Below are positions 1 to 11,501 of a DNA stretch of 64,000 nt, in pieces (the stretch's first letter is position 1; every line of letters begins with the position of its first letter). The notes under the pieces were generated by a model that did not search any database, was not told the origin of the DNA, and was given only the letters and a program-made list of their open reading frames with translations. The translations under genes and the position numbers were made by a program. Source of the DNA: Flavobacteriales bacterium (GTDB lineage Bacteria > Bacteroidota > Bacteroidia > Flavobacteriales > UBA7312); the NCBI GenBank assembly GCA_049890295.1, contig JBMHBP010000023.1, positions 164,531 through 228,530 on the forward strand, in the 5' to 3' direction.

Positions 1-2131
<2,131 letters not shown>

Positions 2132-2155
2132 TAAATAGCTTGTTTTATGAAACCA

Positions 2156-2187
2156 AACTAAAAAAAGTCTCCCAAAGAAGACTTTTT
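2156..2187 (-). terminator. Rho-independent terminator downstream of gldN (A/T-flanked, potentially bidirectional)
   Basis: Perfect 9-bp inverted repeat aaaaagtct (2162-2170) / agacttttt (2179-2187) with an 8-nt loop. A/T runs flank both sides. It lies between the gldN stop (2207) and the wbpA start (2131). Confidence 0.5.
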
Positions 2188-2206
2188 AAATCGTTATTAG
2201 AGTAAA

Positions 2207-3064
2207 CTAGTACTCCCATAAATCGTGTTCCAAGTTAAATATTTCTTCTTTAATTTTTTCGGCTTCAAGAAGTGCATCAATACCTTGTTTGTATTCTTCA
2301 ATTTTACGATCGTATTTATTAGACTCTTTAACAATTCTACTACTAAAGAATCTTTTGTGGAAAATATCATCATATGTTAGACGTGCAGCATCATTTTTTC
2401 TATGATTGAATACTTCTGCCTTAGAAAGAATTTTTCTTGCTTCAGGGAAATAAACCCAGAATAATGAAGATTTTCCGGTATAAACACCATCTTCATTTTT
2501 TCTATCAATTACCGGGCAAATTCCAATAATACGAACTTCCATTACAGAACGTTGTTTATCAAAAAACCACTCTTCTTTGATTCGGTAACTTTTAACTTCT
2601 GACCGTTCAAAGATATTATAGGTTGTATCAAGATAATACTCTTGTAAATCTGGATCAAAACGCTCTTCTACAGACATTTTCTCACCTTCCATAATACCAA
2701 TTAACTCAACCTCTGATGGAGACATTGGTGACTGAAACTCATCATCGTTGGTAGCATTTCCATAGGCGGTAATCGTTCCTTCATTTATAGCTTGCATTAA
2801 GACATCTATTAGATTTTGACGATCATTTATAGGAAGTAGAGGATAATAGAATACTTGATTCATTTTTTCTCTTAGGTCAATGACTCTTTCAATTTTAGTA
2901 GACCACATGACATCGGCCTCTCTAACATGCTGATAAGACTGAATCATTCTTGATTTATCTCCATCACGAATATCCTTTTGGTAAGCACCGTCTAAAATAT
3001 CCTGTGCAGATGATACTTGACTGAAACAAACTAATGCGATTAAAATAATTGCTAATTTTTTCAT
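2207..3064 (-). CDS. gldN: Gliding motility / T9SS periplasmic ring protein GldN (PorN)
   Basis: 285 aa with a signal peptide (MKKLAIILIALVCFSQVSSAQ). It is the last gene of the conserved K-L-M-N order, 10 nt downstream of gldM. Confidence 0.8.
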   Translation of the reverse strand: MKKLAIILIALVCFSQVSSAQDILDGAYQKDIRDGDKSRMIQSYQHVREADVMWSTKIERVIDLREKMNQVFYYPLLPINDRQNLIDVLMQAINEGTITAYGNATNDDEFQSPMSPSEVELIGIMEGEKMSVEERFDPDLQEYYLDTTYNIFERSEVKSYRIKEEWFFDKQRSVMEVRIIGICPVIDRKNEDGVYTGKSSLFWVYFPEARKILSKAEVFNHRKNDAARLTYDDIFHKRFFSSRIVKESNKYDRKIEEYKQGIDALLEAEKIKEEIFNLEHDLWEY

Positions 3065-3074
3065 AATAGTAGTA

Positions 3075-4766
3075 TTAGTTTACTGTAAGTTTTACTGATG
3101 GTAGTGATTTTGGAGCACCATCAGGACCCTTGCATGTAATATTAGTAAAATAGATAACTGATCCAATTTGTAGAGATTCAAACATTGTTTTCATCTCTTG
3201 AGTGACTTTGTTACCTTTTGCATATTTAGTGACTAGTTCGCCACGTTGAGTGACGTCAACTGAAAAGCCAGTAATATTATACTTGATATCAAAAACGAAA
3301 TTTTGAAGTTCTGCATATAGTTTTGCATTACTAGAAAGTAATTGGCTTTTCTTAATTTTTTGATTTTTTGAACCTAAAAATTTTGGCTCTGGTTTTGGAG
3401 TACGCATAACACGGAATTCTAAAGACCCCATACTTCTACGCTTTCCATCAATATCAGCAATCACATTTATTTTTGCTCTACCTGTTTTCTTTGGAAATAC
3501 TTCCCAACCAGTAGCTGCTTTTTTGACAGTACCATTATCACAACTTACGCTGATTTTGTCTCTTGGAACACCGGGTACTGAAACATCAATAGGATTACCT
3601 AAAGCACCTTCTTTTAGTGGGTAGCTTGCAAGTATATAAAACACATTCATCTTTGTAGGTGAGATCACAAGACTCGGCTTAGCAACCTGGTACTCACCAT
3701 TGAATGGATATACTTTCTCACCAGCGTCTGTTTGCATAGAAATAAGACCACCCCATTTTTTATATCCTTGAGAGGAGGTTTTTACGGAATAAATTCCTTT
3801 TCCGGAAACTACAGGTATTGAGTCATAGTCACCAATCATTTGGTATTTTCCATCCTCGCTCATTTCATAATCACCTACCAAAATTACTGGGTTTTGAGTG
3901 GTATCTTTTGCAGCTAAAAATACATCAGCCTTAAAAGAGTCTCCGACAAAAACATAATTAGAAGTAGCAATTTGAATTGCATCAGCTGAAGTAAACTTTA
4001 ATGAACCAGCATCTATCTCTTGCTTAAGGTAATTAATTACGTCAGATTCAGTATTTCTTATGTCTGTTTGAACTTTAGAAAGTAATGTTACTGCAGCAAC
4101 AAGAGGCATATCGAGAAAATTCCTCTCTAACCATGTCTGATCTGCTTTTTTGGCCCCAACGTTTACTTTTTCAACTTCATAACTCATTGTTTCTGAAATT
4201 GATTTATTGAGGAACTCATCATCTAACAAAGTCAAAACATAATCTCTATAGAGTTCAAGATTATCGACTAATTCTTGTCCATTAGTTTCTTTAACAAGGT
4301 AGTTTCCAGCACTAAATCTATCTTTCTTCTTTTTAACATTGATGATATTTTTTTGTTTCTGGGCAGGGGTTAAATCATCATAGCCTATACCCTTGATAGG
4401 TTGTGGTACACCTTCCTGATCTAAATTTTCACCCTCAATTGTCACACCTCCGTCGGCGAGCATTATTAAATTAAATTTTTGTCTTTGAATGAGGTCAACT
4501 ATGGAATCTGACTTTGATTTTACAGTAAAGGCTTTGTCTTTCCATGGGCCTGCTTTTTTGGGATTTGTCTCAGCAGCTAAATTAAATTCATTGTAGATAT
4601 CATCATTTTTCAAACTAAAGTTTTTAGTTGTTTTGACGATACCGTCATTAATTTTAGAAAAGGCGTCCAAAACTTGCTTAGATACATTCAGAGCTAACAG
4701 GGCTGTTAGCACCAAATACATCATACCGATCATTTTTTGTCTAGGAGAAAGATTATTTCCAGCCAT
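3075..4766 (-). CDS. gldM: Gliding motility / T9SS motor-associated protein GldM (PorM)
   Basis: 563 aa. The N-terminus MAGNNLSPRQKMIGMMYLVLTALLALNV is the characteristic GldM single TM helix with a conserved Arg. It sits between gldL and gldN. Confidence 0.9.
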   Translation of the reverse strand: MAGNNLSPRQKMIGMMYLVLTALLALNVSKQVLDAFSKINDGIVKTTKNFSLKNDDIYNEFNLAAETNPKKAGPWKDKAFTVKSKSDSIVDLIQRQKFNLIMLADGGVTIEGENLDQEGVPQPIKGIGYDDLTPAQKQKNIINVKKKKDRFSAGNYLVKETNGQELVDNLELYRDYVLTLLDDEFLNKSISETMSYEVEKVNVGAKKADQTWLERNFLDMPLVAAVTLLSKVQTDIRNTESDVINYLKQEIDAGSLKFTSADAIQIATSNYVFVGDSFKADVFLAAKDTTQNPVILVGDYEMSEDGKYQMIGDYDSIPVVSGKGIYSVKTSSQGYKKWGGLISMQTDAGEKVYPFNGEYQVAKPSLVISPTKMNVFYILASYPLKEGALGNPIDVSVPGVPRDKISVSCDNGTVKKAATGWEVFPKKTGRAKINVIADIDGKRRSMGSLEFRVMRTPKPEPKFLGSKNQKIKKSQLLSSNAKLYAELQNFVFDIKYNITGFSVDVTQRGELVTKYAKGNKVTQEMKTMFESLQIGSVIYFTNITCKGPDGAPKSLPSVKLTVN

Positions 4767-4800
4767 TCGATTTAACTAGGTTTAGGAGTTAATGGTTTTT

Positions 4801-5430
4801 TTATTTGTTATTCATTGCGTTCAACATATTGGCATACATTTTGTTGAGTGCTTCAAGATTTGCTCCAAGTTTGGAAATTTCCAATTGGAATTTTTCTGAA
4901 TCACCAACAGAATTACCCATATTTTGCATGGTTTTAAGCTGTAAATCATAATAAGTATTCATTTCAGCTAATTTTCTGGAGGCTTCGCGCATTTGATCGC
5001 TGTATTCTCCAGTTGCAGATACTGCATCCATTGATTTATTAACGCCTTCTACGGTGTCGTTAAATGCTCTTAAGTTATCTCCAAGTCTAGTGATTAGTGC
5101 CTGATCCACATTAGCATTTTCAAGCATATTATCTAATTCTTGTACAGGTGTTTTTGCAGCACCTGAGGCTGATAATTTTTCATCTGGATCTTTCATGTAT
5201 GCTAATTCAGGATAAACTAAACTCCAATCTGGTTCCTCATGTGGCTTTTCAAAAGCAGAAAAGAAGAAAATAATAGCCTCGGTTGATAGACCAATGGTTA
5301 ACATTGCACCAGCACCTGGCCAGTCCATAAGCTTAAATAATGCACCAAGGATTACGATAGCAGCTCCAAAACCATAAAGCTTTGCCATACCATTTTTAAA
5401 TCTCTTAGAGTTTGGGTTTATTAATGCCAT
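4801..5430 (-). CDS. gldL: Gliding motility / T9SS motor protein GldL (PorL)
   Basis: 209 aa with two N-terminal TM helices (KLYGFGAAIVILGALFKLMDWPGAGAMLTIGLSTEAIIFFFSAFE, including the conserved Glu) and a cytoplasmic coiled tail. Synteny supports the call. Confidence 0.9.
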   Translation of the reverse strand: MALINPNSKRFKNGMAKLYGFGAAIVILGALFKLMDWPGAGAMLTIGLSTEAIIFFFSAFEKPHEEPDWSLVYPELAYMKDPDEKLSASGAAKTPVQELDNMLENANVDQALITRLGDNLRAFNDTVEGVNKSMDAVSATGEYSDQMREASRKLAEMNTYYDLQLKTMQNMGNSVGDSEKFQLEISKLGANLEALNKMYANMLNAMNNK

Positions 5431-5457
5431 AATTTATAAGTGTAAAATATTTAAAGT

Positions 5458-6756
5458 TTATCTAAAATCTGCTTTATCTCTTCCAATGAAAGAAATCACA
5501 TTACGAAATCCTATGTATGATTTTGCTGTATCTTGAAATTCATAATCTCTTGTTCCTACTTGAATAAAGTGTGAGATATCTTTCCATGATCCGCCTCTAA
5601 TGACCTTTCTTTTCAAAATCTCTGGGTCGGTATCTTGAGCATCATAACTGAAATCCATATTCATGTCATGTGAGAAATTAAACGCTGATTCATCGTAAGC
5701 GTTATTTGTCCACTCTGCTACATTACCTGACATATCATAAAGACCAAAGTTATTTGGATTGTAAGAAGCAACTTTTACGGTTTTGATTCCGCCATCAGCA
5801 ACATAATTACCACGTCTAGGCTTAAAGTTGGCTAAAAAACACCCAACTTCATTAGTGGTATAAGGGCCTCCCCAAGGATATGGAGACAAATCTAATCCTC
5901 CACGTGCTGCATACTCCCACTCAGACTCTGTTGGCAGCCTGAACTCATCATGTAAAGGCTCATCACGACTAATTAAATAGTTATCTAAAATATGAGTTCT
6001 CCACTTGGAAAAGGCAACAGCTTGTTTCCAACTAACTCCAACTACTGGATAATCATCAAAAGCTGGGTGATGGAAATAGTTCCTTGACCAGGGGTCATTA
6101 TAAGAATAGGTATAATCTGAAGTCCACACTAATGTATCTGGAAAAATATTAAGCTCTGGTTTTTCTACAAAAACTGAACGATCAATTTTACCTTGGGCCT
6201 TGTTGGCTTTAGTTGAGGCTCTCTGAATATCTACCTCTTCATAGACATAGTTGAATTTTCTTGTATCAAACTCTCTTCTTGAGTAAAATCTTTCATGTTC
6301 GGGTAAGTACATCTCATCTTCGAGCACTTCACGAACCTCAGCATCATCCCATCTGATATTTCTATTCCAGTCGATAATGGGAGGGTCGATAAAGTTACCA
6401 TAATCATCTTCCTCGATTAACTCATAACCTTCAACACCATTCTCACCTAATAAAACTCTAGCTATAGAGTCTCTAACCCAATGAACAAATTGTCGATATT
6501 CATTATTGGTAATTTCAGTTTCGTCAATATAAAAAGCTGCGACAGATACCGTTTTGTGTTGGGTAACGTGTGCATAAGGTACATCTTGATCGCCTGGCCC
6601 CATGTTAAAGCTTCCTTGTGGAATAAAGACCATTCCGTAAGGGTCAGTTGGATTCCAAACAGGGCGGTTCTGAACACCTATTAATTCACCATTTCCAGAG
6701 TTGGAACAAGCTCCAGCTAGGATAGCAATTAAACCTAAGACAAATAAATTTTTCAT
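5458..6756 (-). CDS. gldK: Gliding motility / T9SS lipoprotein GldK (PorK), FGE-sulfatase (SUMF1) fold
   Basis: 432 aa with a lipoprotein signal (ILAGAC|SNSGNGELIGV). FGE/SUMF1-family motifs are present (YPVVGVSWKQAVAF, LPTESEWEYAARGG, GNVAEWT, RGGSW). It is the first of the K-L-M-N genes. Confidence 0.9.
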   Translation of the reverse strand: MKNLFVLGLIAILAGACSNSGNGELIGVQNRPVWNPTDPYGMVFIPQGSFNMGPGDQDVPYAHVTQHKTVSVAAFYIDETEITNNEYRQFVHWVRDSIARVLLGENGVEGYELIEEDDYGNFIDPPIIDWNRNIRWDDAEVREVLEDEMYLPEHERFYSRREFDTRKFNYVYEEVDIQRASTKANKAQGKIDRSVFVEKPELNIFPDTLVWTSDYTYSYNDPWSRNYFHHPAFDDYPVVGVSWKQAVAFSKWRTHILDNYLISRDEPLHDEFRLPTESEWEYAARGGLDLSPYPWGGPYTTNEVGCFLANFKPRRGNYVADGGIKTVKVASYNPNNFGLYDMSGNVAEWTNNAYDESAFNFSHDMNMDFSYDAQDTDPEILKRKVIRGGSWKDISHFIQVGTRDYEFQDTAKSYIGFRNVISFIGRDKADFR

Positions 6757-6799
6757 AATTCTTGTTTTTACCTCTAGCGAGGGTTTGTATTTTCTCTCA

Positions 6800-6835
6800 A
6801 AGCCACAAAATCACCACTGTAAAAATAGTGATGAT
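6800..6835 (-). terminator. Stem-loop with U-tract between porP and gldK (possible attenuator or partial terminator)
   Basis: The minus-strand RNA would read AUCAUCACU-AUUUUUAC-AGUGGUGAU-UUUGUGGCUUU, a 9-bp stem with one G-U pair followed by a U-rich tract. It sits in the 112-nt gap between the porP stop (6869) and the gldK start (6756). Confidence 0.35.
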
Positions 6836-6868
6836 TTGATTTAGGAAAGTCACAAATATAATAAACTT

Positions 6869-7774
6869 TTACAGATATCTAGGATTTTTATACCCTTTGA
6901 AAACCTTGTTGTAATCTATTTTGAAACAATACCCCAACATAAACTCAATACTACCAGCATTGGACACGTTTGTTGTTGGAATATCATATGAAACTCCAAA
7001 TTTCAAATCATCATTTATATGCATACCTAATAATAACACAGCTCGCGTACTTGGTCTATATGTAACTCCTCCCCATAACTTTTTATTGTATTCTAATAGC
7101 GATGTTAAATCAACGGTTGTTGTCACACCCTCAGTTTTGGCTAAAATTGATGGTTTTAAATCAATCTTTTCACTCAATGCATGTATGTAGCCTGCCGTAA
7201 GATAATAATGACGTTTTATATCTAGTATATCAATAGATGTTGAGATAGTAGGCTCATTTAAATGCTTTGATGAAATACCTACATACACCTTTTCTGAATT
7301 AAAATACAAGCCTGCTCCTATATCTAAACCTGATGCTTTTTCATCTGTAGTAGGAATTGAAGGGTCTGGAGTTTCAGTAATGATACTACTACCATCAATT
7401 CCATCTTGTATAACGCCTACCGAAACACCAATTCCTAAATTTCCACCAGCTAGTTCAAGTCGATAAGCATAGGATAAGTTTAATGACAAAAACTCATTTT
7501 GAGCTATTTTGTCAGTAATAACATTGAGCCCTAGACCACCATTCAATAAACGAACTGGACTTTCAACTGATAAATTTGTAGTTGTTGGTGCATCTTCAAA
7601 TCCTACCCACTGCGACCTATGTAATGCGGTTGCGCAAATTGCTTGTTCGCTTCCAGCAGATGCAGGGTTGAAAGCTAATTTATTGAATAAATAATGACTA
7701 AATTGAGGATCTTGTTGAGCTTGAGATAAAATCGTCATCTTTAGCAACAGGAAAAGTAAAAAGTATTTTTTCAT
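6869..7774 (-). CDS. porP: T9SS outer-membrane protein, PorP/SprF family
   Basis: The mature N-terminus QQDPQFSHYLFNKLAFNPASAG is the PorP/SprF signature, and the rest shows beta-barrel-like alternating sequence. The track ORF starts at 7801. I prefer the internal ATG (MKKYFLLFLLLKMTILSQAQ), which gives a normal signal peptide. Confidence 0.85.
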   Translation of the reverse strand: MKKYFLLFLLLKMTILSQAQQDPQFSHYLFNKLAFNPASAGSEQAICATALHRSQWVGFEDAPTTTNLSVESPVRLLNGGLGLNVITDKIAQNEFLSLNLSYAYRLELAGGNLGIGVSVGVIQDGIDGSSIITETPDPSIPTTDEKASGLDIGAGLYFNSEKVYVGISSKHLNEPTISTSIDILDIKRHYYLTAGYIHALSEKIDLKPSILAKTEGVTTTVDLTSLLEYNKKLWGGVTYRPSTRAVLLLGMHINDDLKFGVSYDIPTTNVSNAGSIEFMLGYCFKIDYNKVFKGYKNPRYL

Positions 7775-7867
7775 AAGAGATAACGTCAAATCATTTATCA
7801 CATTAATATTCGGCTAAAATAACTATTTTTTTTTAGTGCTAAAAGAAATGTTATTATCGTCAAAAGT

Positions 7868-9016
7868 TTAGTTTAATTTTTGGAAAGCTTTCCACCACCT
7901 TTCAGGTATATTTCCTTTGACTGCATCTTGATAATCTTGGTAGGAACATGGAATAAAACAGCTCTCAGAATCTTCAGTGGTTTGAGCAAATGGTATTTCT
8001 ACCCACCATTTATCAGTTTTGGTATTTTTATAAAAACAAATATTATACTCGCCATCACGCATTGATACGTGAAACTTTGTCATATCAGCATCTGTAGGCT
8101 GAAATTGCTTCATTTTGTGAAAAAATCCATCGAAAAAACACCATATCAATTGTGCAATCAAACGAGCAGTTTTCGATTCTACGTCTCGCTTAAAATCGTA
8201 ATGATAAATACCCAGTGATTTTAACTTACTACCAATACCTGAATAACGCATAATCTGACAAATTTCTTCTGCGTAAAAGCCATTGGGGGAACCGTGGGCA
8301 TTGGCTGGCGATTCTGATAAACGTATACTATTTAAGTCTAAAGAAATGAAGTCTGTATTTCTCAAAATAGGCTCTACTTCACTAATCTTATGACGTATTT
8401 CACCTAGTCTATAGATATCGAAATACAAATCATCCATTAGCTTTATGGATGAGGATGGGTTTAAAAACGATTGATAGCCGATATTTGAATAATTGAATAA
8501 TACATTTGGTTTGGTATTTAGTATTTCAGAAAGGTAAGAATGAGAAGGGTGATTTAAACCTTCAAAACCTAAATCGAGCCTTGAGTCGATTGAAACAAAG
8601 CTTGATATTTTTGATTGTTTAACACAAGAATTGTACTGCGAAATAGTTAAATCTTGACCTCCACCAATTACTAAAGAAAATAAATTCCGATGTTCGCACT
8701 CTATCAAAACATCGGTTAACAGCTGATAGGTATCTGTCAAACGTTCTCCTAGCACTAAGTTTCCTAAGTCAGCAATTCGCAATCTTTCAGGCCCTTCAAA
8801 TAGACTATAAAGCTCTTTCCTAACTAATGAAAATGATATTTCCTCATTTTGTGCCATATCGCCTCTAAGCTCAGGTACACAAAAAATGACTAAATCAGCT
8901 TCGGCTAGATTTGGAAAATCTCCCTTAGTATATGCCATAATTTTACTCCCTAACTGATTTGGTAAAAAGTGACCTAAATCATCAATAATTGGCTTAAAAC
9001 TCAGCTCAAATTCCAT
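7868..9016 (-). CDS. Arginase/ureohydrolase-fold protein (formiminoglutamase-like) with degenerate metal-ligand motifs and a C-terminal extension
   Basis: 382 aa, alignable by eye to the arginase-family motifs: GGGQDLT (vs GGDHS/GGGHE), IDSRLDLG (vs DAHxD) and ISLDLNSIRLSESP (vs SxDxDxxDP). Its start overlaps the topA stop. Confidence 0.6.
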   Translation of the reverse strand: MEFELSFKPIIDDLGHFLPNQLGSKIMAYTKGDFPNLAEADLVIFCVPELRGDMAQNEEISFSLVRKELYSLFEGPERLRIADLGNLVLGERLTDTYQLLTDVLIECEHRNLFSLVIGGGQDLTISQYNSCVKQSKISSFVSIDSRLDLGFEGLNHPSHSYLSEILNTKPNVLFNYSNIGYQSFLNPSSSIKLMDDLYFDIYRLGEIRHKISEVEPILRNTDFISLDLNSIRLSESPANAHGSPNGFYAEEICQIMRYSGIGSKLKSLGIYHYDFKRDVESKTARLIAQLIWCFFDGFFHKMKQFQPTDADMTKFHVSMRDGEYNICFYKNTKTDKWWVEIPFAQTTEDSESCFIPCSYQDYQDAVKGNIPERWWKAFQKLN

Positions 9017-11325
9017 TATTTTTTCTTACTTTTTGCTGCTAAGTCAAGACACATTTCTCGAGTCAAAGATTTAGGTTCAACATCTTTAGGAATCTTAACA
9101 TTGGTCTTGTTTTTTCTAGCCCCCTCTCCGATTTGAATGAATGGTCCATAGCGACCATTCAATACTTGAACTAGTGGGTCGCCTTCAAATCGATTTATAG
9201 TTTTCTCAGCCTCTGCTTTACGATGGGCTAAAATGAGTTCTACAGCTCTTGCTATTTCAATAGTCAAAGGTTCGTCTCCATTATCTTTTTTTATTGAAAT
9301 AAATTTACCTTTATGTCTCAAGTATGGACCAAATCTTCCTATGGAAGTAACAACCTCCTCATCTTCAAAATTTCCTACTGTTCGAGGTAACTTGAATAGC
9401 TCTAAAGCCTCCTCCAATGTTATGGTAGAAATGCTTTGATCTGCTAGTAATGAAGCAAATCGCGGTTTCTTTTCATCGCTCACTTCACCAATTTGAACCA
9501 TAGGACCAAATCGACCAATCTTGACATAGACATTTTCACCCGATGCAGGCTCAACTCCTAGCAGTTTTTGACCTTTAGCTGTTTCAGAATTATCAGCAAC
9601 ATCATTGACTGTTTTAGAAAAAGAATTATAAAACTGTCCAATCATATCATTCCAAACCTTATCGCCTTTAGCGATATCATCAAACTCCTTTTCTACCTCA
9701 GCGGTAAAACTGTAATCCATAACCTTTTTAAAGTTATCATTTAGAAAGTCCGTGACAACAATTCCTATATCAGTAGGTTTCATTTTAGATTTGTCTGATC
9801 CAGTTTTCTCAGATTTTATACTTTCACTAATTTCTTGATTTGTTAGTGTTAGCAAAACGTGATCTTTCTTTACTCCTTCACTTTGACCCTTCACAACATA
9901 ACCTCTATTTTGAATGGTGGTAATTGTAGATGCGTAAGTTGATGGACGTCCAATTCCTAATTCCTCAAGACGCTTTACTAGACTAGCCTCTGTGTATCTT
10001 GCTTTGGGTTTGCTAAATCGTTCTGTTGCTACTATTTCTTTATTTAATACTACTTCATTTTCTGATAATTTTGGAAGCATTCCATCCTGTTCTTCATCTT
10101 CATTATCGTTTCCTTCCAAATAAACCTTTAAAAAACCATCAAACTTGATCATTTCTCCTTTAGAAACAAATAGATTATTATTATTGGAGTTGGTAATGTG
10201 GACAGTTGTCCGCTCAAGTTGAGCTTCGGCCATCTGTGATGAAATGGTTCTTTTCCAAATCAAAGTATATAATCGTTGTAAATTTCTATCGGCTGTTATG
10301 ACTGGCTGAGAGAGGTTGGTTGGTCGAATTGCCTCATGTGCTTCTTGAGCACCTTTTGATTTAGTACTAAACTGTCGGCTTTTAGCATATTCCTTTCCAA
10401 ATTCCTTTTCTATATAGCTAGCAGCAGTTTGCATTGCTTCCTTAGATAAATTCACACTGTCCGTACGCATGTATGTGATCGTACCTGACTCGTATAATTT
10501 TTGTGCTACACTCATTGTTTGACCTACTGAAAAACCTAATTTTCTAGAGGCTTCTTGCTGAAGTGTAGAAGTTGTAAATGGTGCTGATGGTGACTTTTTT
10601 GCCGGTTTTTTAACCAAGGAAGATACTGTGAACTGAGCATCTACACAAGTCGTAAGAAAGTTTAACGCTTCTTCTTTTGAGTCAAAGCGTTTATCTAAAT
10701 CAGCCCTAAATGATTTTCCGGTATTATTGGTGAAAATTGCAGTGACCTTAAAAGATGATACACTAACAAAGTCAATAATTTCCTTTTCGCGTTCTACTAT
10801 CAGCCTAACAGCCACCGACTGTACTCTACCTGCCGAAAGTCCATATTTAACTTTTTTCCATAATACAGGAGAAAGTTCAAACCCCACTAATCGATCAAGC
10901 ACTCTACGTGCCTGTTGAGCATTAACCAAATTGACATCCAGATTCCTTGGATTCTGTACTGCTTTTTGAATAGCAGATTTAGTAATCTCATTAAACACAA
11001 TACGTTTAGTTTTAGCATCTTCTAGTTTTAGAGCCTCAACCAAATGCCATGCAATTGCTTCGCCCTCTCGATCCTCATCCGTTGCAAGCCATACAAGCTC
11101 TGACTTCTTAGATAATTTCGAGAGTTCATCGACTACCTTTTTTTTATCAGGGCTTATTTCATAGGTTGGCTTGAATCCGTTTTCTATATCGATAGCCATA
11201 CCGCCCTTCTTTGGTAAGTCTCTAATGTGTCCAATACTGGATTTTACTGTGAAGTCTTTGCCTAAGTATTTTTCAATAGTTTTAGCTTTAGCAGGGGACT
11301 CAACGATTACTAAATTTTTTGTCAT
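9016..11325 (-). CDS. topA: DNA topoisomerase I
   Basis: 769 aa with a TOPRIM N-terminus (LVIVESPAKAKTIEKYLG) and the active-site Tyr region (GTITYMRTDS). The C-terminal repeats carry RFGPM/RFGPY/RYGPF motifs. Confidence 0.95.
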   Translation of the reverse strand: MTKNLVIVESPAKAKTIEKYLGKDFTVKSSIGHIRDLPKKGGMAIDIENGFKPTYEISPDKKKVVDELSKLSKKSELVWLATDEDREGEAIAWHLVEALKLEDAKTKRIVFNEITKSAIQKAVQNPRNLDVNLVNAQQARRVLDRLVGFELSPVLWKKVKYGLSAGRVQSVAVRLIVEREKEIIDFVSVSSFKVTAIFTNNTGKSFRADLDKRFDSKEEALNFLTTCVDAQFTVSSLVKKPAKKSPSAPFTTSTLQQEASRKLGFSVGQTMSVAQKLYESGTITYMRTDSVNLSKEAMQTAASYIEKEFGKEYAKSRQFSTKSKGAQEAHEAIRPTNLSQPVITADRNLQRLYTLIWKRTISSQMAEAQLERTTVHITNSNNNNLFVSKGEMIKFDGFLKVYLEGNDNEDEEQDGMLPKLSENEVVLNKEIVATERFSKPKARYTEASLVKRLEELGIGRPSTYASTITTIQNRGYVVKGQSEGVKKDHVLLTLTNQEISESIKSEKTGSDKSKMKPTDIGIVVTDFLNDNFKKVMDYSFTAEVEKEFDDIAKGDKVWNDMIGQFYNSFSKTVNDVADNSETAKGQKLLGVEPASGENVYVKIGRFGPMVQIGEVSDEKKPRFASLLADQSISTITLEEALELFKLPRTVGNFEDEEVVTSIGRFGPYLRHKGKFISIKKDNGDEPLTIEIARAVELILAHRKAEAEKTINRFEGDPLVQVLNGRYGPFIQIGEGARKNKTNVKIPKDVEPKSLTREMCLDLAAKSKKK

Positions 11326-11475
11326 AAGAAAATAAGTTGATTCGTTAAATAGAGTGCAAATATATTACTCATTTTTTCAAAATCACAATTGACTGACTCA
11401 ACATTAATACGTTATATTATTATATAATATAAGTTTTTCAAAAAAAAATATTTCTGTCAATTTGTCAGTTTTTGT

Positions 11476-11483
11476 TAATTTTG
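11476..11483 (+). promoter_or_regulatory. Bacteroidota sigma-A type -7 box (TAatTTTG) upstream of miaB
   Basis: Exact match to TAnnTTTG 19 nt upstream of the miaB ATG. The expected -33 TTG position reads CTG, so this is only a partial promoter match. Confidence 0.3.
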
Positions 11484-11501
11484 CACGTCTAACATAAACC
11501 A

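Noticed and set aside
11412-11432. Perfect 9-bp inverted repeat ttatattat-tat-ataatataa in the divergent topA/miaB intergenic region
   Set aside because: It is composed only of A/T in an AT-rich spacer, so chance occurrence is high. There is no second copy or recognisable operator consensus. It could be a regulator site but cannot be supported.
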